A DNA stretch of 64,000 nucleotides. It comes from Octopus sinensis. Taxonomy: Eukaryota. The notes under the pieces were generated by a model. It saw nothing but the letters and a program-made list of their open reading frames with translations, searched no databases and was not told the origin of the DNA. Of this stretch, positions 52,923-64,000 are shown in pieces (positions within the stretch are counted from its first letter, which is position 1; the number at the start of each line of letters is the position of its first letter). Where the stretch lies: NCBI RefSeq assembly GCF_006345805.1, contig NC_043006.1, positions 17,360,001 through 17,424,000 on the forward strand, read 5' to 3'. The position numbers and the translations under genes are program-made.

Positions 52923-54490
52923 GCTTGTGTGTGTGTGTGTACATTTGTACTCATCATATTTTGTTTTCTACAACAGCTTATTGTATCAAATATGATATTA
53001 CAATATTCCTCACTGTCCCCATACTCTCTTGCAACCTGTATCCATCATACTTTCTGCTCTTCTATTTTCTTTCACTTGTATATACCTTTTTATACTTTGA
53101 GGGTCTATTCCAACACTTTGTCACTGCTGTTTTGTCTAGTTACATCCACCCCTTCTTTTATAATGTGAGTAACCAGCAGTCCTCAACAACAAGAAACCTG
53201 TTCTGTTCTGACCCATTCTCTCATATTTGAACCTTCATCTTCTAACACGTAGCTGTCTCTTTCTCTGCTATAACTGCACTCACTCAAAGGATCTTGCAAG
53301 TGACATGGTGACATCACTCATGCTGGTGCCATGAATATTAGTACCCAGTACACTCTGTAAAGTGGTTGAACATTAAAAAAGGTATCCAGTTGTAGAAACC
53401 ATGCCAAAGCTGACAGTGGAGTAGGATGCAGTCCTCAGCCCCACTGGATCCTGTCAAACTTGCTAACCCATGCCAGTAAGAAGGAAGGATGTCAAAAGAT
53501 GATGAAGTTCTTTATTCAATAAATGAAACATAGCCTAAAATATGGAATCATATTTACGGCTGATTGTGTACCAGATATGTCTTGCCAGATGTAAATAATA
53601 TTCATGAAAATTGTTGCCGATTGATTAGAATTGTCAGATAATTGGACAAAATGCCTTGCAGTATGTAATTATAGTTATGGCTAACTTTGTTCTGAGTTCA
53701 AATTTCTCCAAGTTCAACTTCGCTTGTGAGCCTTCAGGGTTTAATAAAATGAAGCACAATCAAAGAATTGCCAGCGTAATTGAGAGCACCACTTCCTAAA
53801 TATTTATAGCCTTGCGCCAATTTGATAAATCAATAATTACTCATCAAAGCATAAGCTATTAAGATGCAGAGATTATCAGAAACTCAGTTGGTATGTTACA
53901 CGAAATTAGTTGGATTGTATTTCAGTTGGAAGTTAAGAAATCAAATATGTATGCGATGATCTCTTTCATTCCCTCTCTTCTCATTCTCTCTTCTCTAATA
54001 TTTAAGCCAGTCATTCCCAGTCACGCACCTTCTTTCATTTGTTTTATATTCATCCAACCCATGCTAACATGGGTTGGATGAATATACTATTGAGGTATTG
54101 TCTTAGTGCCAGGTGACCTTTCTTTCGCAAACCTATGCTGGACTTTCAGGTAAAGGATCTCATATTTCATCTACATTCAAAGGCGTGAAGAGAGTGGATG
54201 AATTGCTGACAAGAGAAGTGATAACATCACGACTAATTGTGAGCAACTTTCACAGAATACAAATATAAATACACAATGATGATGATGGTATATATGTGTG
54301 TGTGTGTATGTATATATATATAGAGATAGAGAATAATTGAGTAGTTGAATGAATTATCTTATTATGGATAATTCGGTTAACCGATACCTGGGTAGCAAAT
54401 TCACGTCAGAAAAACACGGTTGAAGCTACATGCCTAAGGCAGAGATCACGTGCTATCGTGTGTAAATTTGTGTGTTTTTTTGAATACAAA

Positions 54491-54756
54491 TAAATGAAAG
54501 AATAGAGTTGAACGATGTATTAACAAAATTCCTTTATTTTATTTTCGACATATGTTTCGCTATGGGCTCCGTGTGGGCAGGCATCTAAAAATTTTTATGC
54601 ATCTTGATGCTGACATAACTTCCTTACTTTTCCTGATGAGAAGGCGGCATAATGCACCCCTTATTCCTTCGAAATTAGGAACATGCAGCCTTCGAAACAT
54701 ATGTCGAAAATAAAATAAAAGAATTTTGTTAATACGTCGTTCAACTCCATTCTTTC

Positions 54757-54761
<5 letters not shown>
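54491..54761 (+). mobile_element. Penelope-like terminal fragment: hammerhead-bearing pLTR plus a 69-bp inverted partial copy
   Basis: 54491-54559 is the reverse complement of 54693-54761; the 3' end abuts (TA)n. Confidence 0.75.
54628..54710 (+). ncRNA. Type I hammerhead ribozyme with a canonical core
   Basis: Stem I ttttc/gaaaa, CTGATGA (54633-39), stem II gaaggcggcat/atgcagccttc (10 of 11 pairs), GAAAC-atat-GTC. The predicted cleavage site is after C54705. Confidence 0.8.
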
Positions 54762-54799
<38 letters not shown>

Positions 54800-54803
<4 letters not shown>

Positions 54804-54970
54804 TAAAAACGGTAAGATAACAAAAGAAAGAAAGAGACCTCAATATTATGTAAATAGAGGAAATTTATCTGTAAATTAATGTGTGACAATTATTCAATAG
54901 CCAAGATAAAACTCTGAGTTTCGGATGCTGAAGTAGAAATCCACAACACCATCTCTTTGGTTATCTGGTT
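54800..54970 (-). mobile_element. Second PLE-like terminus with a degenerate hammerhead (54904-54966)
   Basis: Minus strand: agataa-CCAAAGA-gatg..catc-c-GAA-actc-a-gagt-T-ttatct; the tail ends at (TA)n. Confidence 0.55.
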
Positions 54971-55274
54971 ATATGAAGTGGTTGGTTAAATATATTTCTT
55001 CATTGCCACTAGGGGCTAAACATAGAGGGGACAAACAAGGACAGACAAAGGGATTAAGTCAATTACATCAACCCTAGTGCGAAACTGGTACTTTATTTAT
55101 CAATCCCAAAAGGATGAAAGGCAAAGTCGACCTCGGCAGAATTTGAACTCAGAACGTATATTTAAATATAATGTCAGTATATTAAAGCTAATATAGGCAT
55201 TTTTATACCTAACAATATTATTATTACTCCCAACTGTCTCAGAGTAGACAATGCAATGCTGTTCTATACTCTTT

Positions 55275-55662
55275 TTTTTTTATACTTGTTTCAGTCATTT
55301 GACTGCGGTCATGCTGGAGCACCACCTCTAATCGAGCAACTCAACTCCGGGACTTATTCTTTTTGTAAGCCCAGTACTTATTCTATCGGTCTCTTTCGCC
55401 GAACCGCTAAGTAACGGGGACATAAACACACCAGCATCAGTTGTCAAGCAATGCTAGGGGGACAAACGCAAACACATATATATATACACATATATACGAC
55501 GGGCTTCTTTCAGTTTCCGTCTACCAAATCCACTCACAATGCTTTGGTCGGCCCGAGGTTATAGTAGAAGACACTTGCCCAAGGTGCCACGCAGTGGGAC
55601 TGAACCCGGAACCATGGGGTTGGTAAACAAGCTACTTACCACACAGCCACTCCTGCGCCTAT
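55275..55662 (-). mobile_element. SINE family A, full length
   Basis: Reverse-complement match. Confidence 0.9.
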
Positions 55663-55813
55663 GTTTCATATTTATATATAACACAAATTCCTGGTATGAA
55701 AGTGGTTTTAATAGAAATAAAACCTACAGTTTCTTAACCGTACAGTCATGTTTGCACCACAAAAGTAATATATATCTTAAAATGTGAAAAATCTTTACAG
55801 AAATTCTAAATAT

Positions 55814-56043
55814 GAAAAGTTGATATGTTTCATTTTTTGAATAAAGAGGAATTTAATAATTTTTCCACAGTATGAATTATTGATATTTGTAAGCTAAAAA
55901 AATACATAAATATCTTATTTTTTAATATGCTTATTGACTTTGTGAATATAGTGTGTGAATAATATTTATATTCTTTTAAATTGTGCCTTGAGAAATGGGG
56001 GGGAAAAAGTGTTTGTGAAGTACTTAAATCAAGGTAACCAATT
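55814..56043 (-). repeat. Inverted partner of 52032-52262
   Basis: See the 52032 feature. Confidence 0.9.
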
Positions 56044-56482
56044 CCACTGTAGAAATATCTTACCATCAACTACTTTGTCACTGTAACTCATTTTTCTTAT
56101 TTTCACCATCATTAAAATAATGTTTTGGGAGAAACAAATGCAAGTACATACACATATTTATATACGATAGGCTTCTTTCAGTTTTTATCTACCATATCCA
56201 CTTACAAGGCAGTGTCTGCCCAGAGCAGACAATAGAAGACATTTGTCGAAGGAGCCATGCAGTGTAACTGAACCCAAGTACACGTGTTTGGGAAGAAAAT
56301 TTAAGACAAAAGAATAATTGAGAAATTAAGAGGTATTTGCATTAACTAAGTTCAGAATTAGAATAATTAATATAAAATGGGATGACAAAAAGAATATTTT
56401 TCCTTATAGGTTTGTGCACATTATATAATTCTGCTTTGAAGAGACATGTATCTTGGAAGAAGTTCTTTGCTATAGGTGTCTT

Positions 56483-56710
56483 ATTTCTTTATTGCCCACA
56501 AGGGGCTAAACATAGAGGGGACAAACAAGGACAGACAAAGGGATTAAGTCAATTACATCAACCCCAGTGCGTAACTGGTACTTAATTAATCGACCTCGAA
56601 AGGAGGAAAGGCAAAGTCAACCTTGGTGAAATTTGAACTCAGAACGTAGCAGCCGACGAAATACCGCTAAGCATTTCGCCTGGTGTACTAACGTTTCTGC
56701 CAGCTTGCCT
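56483..56710 (-). mobile_element. SINE family F
   Basis: Reverse complement of the 32359 element. Confidence 0.85.
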
Positions 56711-57413
56711 CTTTACTATAGGTGTGCCATCTAAAAGCATTCACTTTGCTGTTTTATAGATTCAGGATTTTGGTAGAAATTGGTAGACCAAACCAGCACA
56801 TTCGCTGAGCTTTCTGTGTGTGTGTGTGTGTGTATATATGTGTGTGTGTATATATATATATATATATAAAATATGATTAAGATTTAGTTGAATTAGGTAC
56901 TTAAACTGAGGTACCTTGTTAGGTTGATCTAATTAGCACATCCAGACAATATCAGGTGGAATATCAAATTCTGTGCAGAAGTATTTGCACTTGATATTCT
57001 TGGAGTATATGCAAATAACACAACCCAATTTAGTGAATGTCATGACTGGAACACTGGCAGAAGGATGAAAGATGCTTTATGTTGCAGTCCAGGAGTAGAT
57101 GAGAACCTTGATGAGAACCTTGATAATAATTATAGATGTGAAGTGATGTTATTAACCCCCTTTGTTATGATATTTACGTTGAAATGTACCTTTAGTTTTG
57201 AAAATAATGAAGAATTTGGTAAAATAATTTTGCCATTCTTAAACTGATGTTTGGAACATGAATTAGCATTCAATTTTAATGAGAAATTTTAATTTAGATC
57301 ACTCCAAAACAGGAAGGTTGTACTATAGACCCAAGTCAACCTGTGCAACGTCATTCAGTAAGAAAGAATATAAAAGACAAAACTGAATGTAAGCAGTTAT
57401 TTTATTTCAGACA

Positions 57414-57556
57414 TGAGGAATTATGTGCATTATTTACATTATTTACATTCAATGATATTTGTCCTCACATTGCTTGTTGTTAACACAGCTGAAACATTGT
57501 GTTAACAACAAGCAAGATGAAGACAAATATCTGTTGAATGTAAATAATGAATGTAA
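57414..57556. repeat. Centre-deleted palindromic copy of the 5247 element
   Basis: gatatttgtcctca..ttgttaacaca-gctgaaacat-tgtgttaacaa..tgaagacaaatatc. Confidence 0.8.
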
Positions 57557-57699
57557 GCACTTCTGTTGAAATAATTTTGTGATCAATTGCTCTTTGAACA
57601 GAAAAGTATATAGTGATGGTTCATAATTACCCGAGTAACAAAGGCAATATGCCAGGGTCAGTCTCAGACAAGTCAGTATCAAAAAGCTTTAATGAATTC

Positions 57700-58035
57700 A
57701 TCATCATCATCATCATCATTTAACGTCTGCTTTCCATGCTAGCATGGGTTGGATGATTTGACCGAGGTCTGGCGAACCAGACTCCAATCTAATCTGGGCA
57801 GAGTTTCTACAGCTGGATGCCCTTCCTAACTGCAACCACTCTGAGAGCGTAGTGGGTGCTTTTACGTGCCACCGGCACGAGGACCAGTTTGGTGGTACTG
57901 GCAATGGTCACGCCCAGATGGTGCTTTTTACGTGCCACCTGCACAGGAGCCAGTCCAGTGGCACTGGCGACGACCTCGCTCGAATGTTTCACATGCCACC
58001 AGCACAAGTGCTAGTAAGGCGACGTGGTAACGAAT
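57700..58035 (-). mobile_element. Retroposon family B
   Basis: (CAT)n tail followed by the reverse body. Confidence 0.85.
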
Positions 58036-59009
58036 TCAATATACATATTTTAGGTAGATGTATTTTTCCAAAAATACTTAATGGTGATTTCCTCTTTTTC
58101 TGCGTTCAAAGCTCAAAATACAAACCTAAAGTCTGAATCAATGATGTAATAAACATTAAGAAAATTCACTCTGATTTCAAGTCTATCCTTTTAAAGAATG
58201 TTTTTGTTTTAATTGTTATCTTGGTTTAATGTATTTTTCACTCGGTGAGATTACTGAACGGTGAACTCTTGAAATATCAAACGTGACTTTACTTGGGTTA
58301 ACAACAATTGCAAAATACATAAAAAGAAATGTTTTAAATCATTCAGACACAGATGTTGTACTTAAATTACTGATATCATGCTAGTGACCATATTATTTAA
58401 CTCAGTCGACTGTGATACAATAAATTGTTCATTGCTCCTCAAAGAAAGAGTGGATCATGATAAAATATCTGTAGATTAACCATTTGACTGCTGCTTTTGG
58501 TGGAAGGGTTAGAATATGAGTGTTATAAGTTTATTCTGTTAATCCTTGTCTACTAAAGGATCTAAATTAAAACCTTTATGCAAATTTATGCTCCAAACAA
58601 CAGCTTAATAATAATGAATTGTTTTACAAAATTCTTTATTATTTTCAAAAAATAATTGAAACAAAGTATTTTCCAACAGAAACATTTTAACAAAAATGGT
58701 TAATGTGAACATTAAGTCAATAAATAATCAATAAGGATAATACATAGATAGTACCATTATCGAAAAGTGAATGCAAACTGAAAAAAAAAAGAAGAGGAAA
58801 AAAAGGAAAAGTAATTATTATAACGAACCATCACTATATACCTTTCTGTTCAAAGAGCAACTGATCATGAAATTATTTCAATTGAACTGTTTGCATTCTG
58901 TTTTGCCTTTTATATTCTTTCTTACTGAATGACATTGCACAGGTTGACTTGACAGCAGACACACTTTTACTTCAGGTAAATTTCAAAATCACTTTTGATT
59001 TGGTTTATT

Positions 59010-60422
59010 ACATTTACTCTTTCATTTCCATATTTTAAACGAAAAATACTACCTTCGTTTCGGTTAATTCTGAGAATAATGAAGAATTTAGTAAAGTAAC
59101 TGTGTCACTGTTAAGCTTATCTTTGGAATAGATTAATGTAAAAATTTTGATGGAAGGTTTCAATTTAGGTTACTTTAACCCTTTTGTTGCTAAATTTCTG
59201 TAGAAATACACTCTCTCTTTTACTCTTTTACTTGTTTCAGTCATTTGACTGTGGCCATGCTGGAGCACCACCTTTAATCGAGCAACTCGACCCCATGACT
59301 TATTCTTTTTGTAAGCCCAGTACTTATTCTATTGGTCTCTTTTGCCGAAACGCTAAGTAATGGGGACATAAACACACCAGCATCGGTTGTCAAGCAATGC
59401 TAGGGGACAAACACAGACACACAAACACACACACGCACATATATATATATATATATATACATATATACAACGGGCTTCTTTCAGTTTCTGTCTACCAAAT
59501 CCACTCACAAAGCTTTGGTCGGCCCGAGGCTATGGTAGAAGACACTTGCCCAAGGTGCCATGCAGTGGGACTGAACCCGGAACCATGTGGTTGGTATACA
59601 AGCTACTTACCACACAGCCACTCCTGTGCCTATGGCCACTCCTGAGCCTGTTTTTGTTACAATAAAATATTGCAAATAATGAAGAATTTAGTAAAATAAT
59701 TGCTACTATTAACTCTTTGGCATTTAAAAAACCAGATCTGGCCCAAAATATTCTACTTGTTTTATGTTCACATCTATTCTAAAATGTCATTCAGAAGATA
59801 TACAGTCACCTCACTGAAATCTTGAAGCTACAAAATAATGCATGACAAATTCAAAAATTTGTGAATGAATAAGCATTGAATGTGACAGAGTAACCTGAAT
59901 GTTAAAGGGTTAAGCTTGTGTTTGGAACAGATAAGCATGAAATGTTGATGGACGGTTTTAACTTAAGTTACTTTAACCCTTTCATTACTGCATTTATTTT
60001 GTGATGTTCTGTGTTTCTTGCAATTAATTTTAAATATAACAAAGAATTTAGTGAAATAACTTAGTTATCATTAAGCTAGTGTTAGGGACATAAATTGTGA
60101 CTCAGGTTTGGTGGAAGATTTTTATTCAAAACTTACAAAAACAAGATATTTGTACTCAGAGCCAGAGCCGGTTTCAGCTGGGTTGGTAAGGAAAGGGTTA
60201 ATCCTATTGTTGCTATATTTTTGTAGAAATACATTGCTTTTGTTACAATTAATTTTGAAGATAGCTAAGAATTTAGTCAAATAACTATATCATTAAGCTG
60301 GTGTTTGGAACAATATTGATACAATATTTTGATAGAAAATTTTAATTTAGATCACTTCAAAGCAGGAAGCTTGTATCATTGAACCAATGTAGTCTCAGTA
60401 GGGCTGGTATCAAAAAAGTTAA
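59010..60422. mobile_element. Nest of TTAA piggyBac-type MITEs with an inserted family A SINE (59217-59632, minus)
   Basis: Complete units 59709-59913, 59973-60201 and 60198-60422 are bounded by TTAA and sit inside or next to other copies. Confidence 0.8.
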
Positions 60423-61059
60423 CAAAATATACAAACTTATGATATTTTATCATAATTTACTCTTTCTTTAGTGCAGTGATCAATTTAGTGTGCTACGATC
60501 AAAATGACTGAAGTTATACGAATTTTACAAACCAATTATAATAAATTTTGATTAAAGACTTCTATTTCTATACATCATAATAATACTACAAAAAAAAGAA
60601 GCAAAAGCAGTGCATGCAATACACTGGAGATAACTGTTATGGGTTTTCATGAAAGCATTGTGATGCCCGTTATACACAAGCACACATTATATATGAAAAA
60701 ATATGGCAATAGTCTTGAACTTGTTATGTATCTATCATATAGAGTTCTACGTTTTTATATCAATAAAATGTCACTAAAATTCCTGTACATAATTTTAAGG
60801 TACTAAACTAATATTCACTTTGATGTTCCTTTTTCTTTAAATTTGCAATTAAACTCAATTATCAGAGAAATAATGTTCACTTGGTATTTTTCTCCTAGTT
60901 TATATAATTTATATATGACAGATATATATTCTCTTTTTTTTTGTGTGTGTGTGTGTGTGTGTAAACGTAAAAGACTTTTTCATTTTCCCAAGCATCAAAC
61001 TAATACACCTGCTTGTAGCTCATACACCTGTCTTCATCTTTTGTTTTTCTATAAATTTC

Positions 61060-61099
<40 letters not shown>

Positions 61100-61256
61100 C
61101 TCTTGATATATATAAATACACACACACACACACACCAGAGTAAGCACATAACTATGAAACAAGGTGGGGGAAAATAATACTCAAATACTGGAGGTAGAGT
61201 AATATGCTTTATCATTAAAGCTGCAATGTGATGTATTTGCAGGTCTAATAATAAAG

Positions 61257-61291
<35 letters not shown>

Positions 61292-62357
61292 CAAAAGTCC
61301 TTCCTGTGCCATAGGCTCATAAGGCTGTTTTCCTGGATTCTGTGGTGTATATATTTACTTCCTGTCCATCACAGGATTAAGCATTTTTGCCAGTTGAGAG
61401 GACTGGATTAATGTGGAATGAAGAACATAACATGTGAAATCTAGAACGCACCATGTGAAATGCAAATCACAGCACATTGCCCTATCTAGGAATCGAAACT
61501 ACAATCTTATGATTATGAGTTCAACACCCTAACCACTAAGCCATGCACCTCCACTCTCTCTCTCACACACACATACACATGCACATGCACACATATTCAT
61601 ACAATGGAGTTCATTCGGTTTCTGTTGACCAAATCCACACACAAGGCCTTGGTCAGCCCAGGTCTATAGTAAAAGACACTTGCCCAAAGTGTCATGTCAT
61701 GCCGTGTGACTAAACCCAAAAGCACACAATTTACAAGCAAATTCCTGAACCATGCATGTGTGTGTGCACACACACATGCATGCACGCACACATACACACA
61801 CACATACACACAGTGAATAAAATCCGCATTGTAAAATGTAGAGTAAAAGATATAAGGATAAGACATGCTATTAAGGATTACATGAGGATTACTCTGAGGT
61901 TTTTGTCAATGCTGGCCTGCATCTACTTTCGCTTTCAAATTTAGAATCTCAGCGTATACAGTATTCAGAGAAATCTATGCTTTATTTTATTCATAGAATT
62001 GAATAACAGTTTAGTTCCTGTTAGAATAACTATATTATTAAGAATGTAACTTTTGAAGAATGAGAGATTAAGTTAATGGTTATACTACTTAGCTGAAGAA
62101 CCATCAAGACTCTTCACCATTTCCATCCCGTAAACACAGAACCCATACTTGTTCATAGACAGACAGACACACATGCACACAAAACTATATGCACTTGCAC
62201 AATTACAACCACATATATGTGCAAATACATTTCGCAGATATGGCCGTGTAATAAGAAGCTTGCTTTCCAACCACATGGTTCCAGGTTCAATCCCACTGCA
62301 TGGCACCTTGGGCAAGTGTCTTCTACTCTTGCATATATATATATATATATATATCTT

Positions 62358-62449
<92 letters not shown>

Positions 62450-62500
62450 CAAGTGTCTTCTACCCTTGCATATATCTATATCTATCTATATATATATATA

Positions 62501-62874
62501 CTAGCAGTATCGCCCGGCGTTGCTCAGGTTTGTAAGGGAAATAACTATAAAGCATTTTTAGAGAGTTATAGCCAAAAAATAGCAAAAAAATGATGGTAAA
62601 TTTGATTTTTGAGAGTTAAAAAAGGTTGAGTTGCGTCCCCTAGACAGTTTGAGGTTCGTGTTTCTAATTCTCGACCCCATGTCGAATTTATCGATTTTTT
62701 TCAGAACTGGGGGAACTTTTCAAAATTTTCGCTGCGTTAGTTTTGAATTATGACATTGGGCTATGTGTGTGTCAAGTTTCATCAGAATCGGTTGAAATCC
62801 GTGGTCAGGGTGAGGGTACAAGCAAACAGACACACAGAAACATGCACAGACAAACTGCCGTTTATATAGAGAGA
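62501..62874 (-). mobile_element. Non-autonomous Helitron family H1, second copy
   Basis: Reverse complement of 27278-27660, with TC and CTAG ends at an A|T site, again within a family A-like SINE. Confidence 0.9.
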
Positions 62875-63175
62875 TATATATATATAGATAGATAGATAGA
62901 TCTTTGTATCTGTGTTTGTCCCCCACCACCACTTGACAATTGGTTTTGATGTGTTTACATATCTGTAACCTAGTGGTTCAGCAAAAGAAACTGATAGAAT
63001 AAGTACCAGGCTTAAAATCAATAAGTACTGGGGTTGATTTCTTCAACTAGAATTCTTCGTGGCACTGCCCCAGCATGGCCACAACACACTGCCCAGTCCA
63101 GGAATTTAAAACCACACTCTTATGATAATGAGTTCATTACCCTATCCACTAAGCCAAGTGGCTCCACACACATGT

Positions 63176-63215
<40 letters not shown>

Positions 63216-64000
63216 TCATACAAGTAAATGATAAAAGATACATGCGTGTGCATAACCCTATCGACACACAATTATACATATATGTACATTTACAAACACA
63301 TACAAATACACAGATGCATGCACACATACATACATGAATGAATGTGTTCACACATACGCATATAAACACACACAGATATGTATAGAAATACAGACACATG
63401 CATGTGTGCACTGACACATCTCCTTAGTTACACTTACATGTGTGAACAGGGGAAACAAGAAATGAAATAAAATGTAAATTGCATAAAAATACAATAAAGT
63501 AAGTTTATTATATTATTAGAACACAGTTCATTAATTACCAATTAAAACCTATTTGCGCCATTGTGGTTATATTCTGTATTTTTATATCTCACGTGTAAAA
63601 AAAATCCGTGTATGCACAAGCACATGTATACACACGTGCACACAAACACATACAACCTACAACACATGTATGCATATATATATATATATATGAACAGCTG
63701 TGGTCTTAAGAGGTTCACTTCTCAACCATGTGGTTTTGGGTTTGATCTCAATGTATGACACCGTTTGTTTTCTGCTATAGCCTCAGGCTCAACAAACCTT
63801 TAGATCTGAAAGATAGAAACCAAAATAAGACCATTGTGCATGCACACACACATATATTTATAAGACGAAGGGAAAAAGGGATTAAAAATTCCAGGCTGAT
63901 GTCAATAAAGCACTGAGTTTTAAATGAACTTATCAAACAATCAGGCACCAATGTTGGCTTTCTGTGGTGAATTAAAGATGTGATTTTCTGTATCCGTATT

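Noticed and set aside
62311-62474. Short direct repeat ggcaagtgtcttctac.cttgcatatat around a microsatellite
   Set aside because: This is a local slippage duplication of a SINE core fragment with no further structure.

Overview
AT-rich, repeat-dense animal DNA with no recognisable intact protein-coding gene. It is most likely intronic or intergenic. The tRNA-headed SINE families match my recollection of octopus (cephalopod) repeats; this is an inference, not a database result. Nearly all supplied ORFs are translations of microsatellites or SINEs. Supported content: about six tRNA-derived or related SINE families (A-F, my labels), three decayed Tc1/mariner transposases, three families of non-autonomous Helitrons, TTAA-flanked piggyBac-type MITE nests, two recent tandem duplications, and one SINE flanked by a perfect 139-bp direct repeat. 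The most interesting signal is at the RNA level. At least five unrelated short elements carry type I hammerhead-ribozyme motifs of the Penelope-like-element (PLE) kind, often as inverted arms and with tails abutting (TA)n. One has a fully canonical core (54628-54710). Another lies downstream of an intact tRNA-type Pol III promoter (5364-5561), suggesting a PLE-mobilised, ribozyme-bearing SINE. A few short exon candidates with good splice signals are listed at low confidence. All alignments and folds were done by eye, so boundaries are approximate unless exact motifs are quoted.
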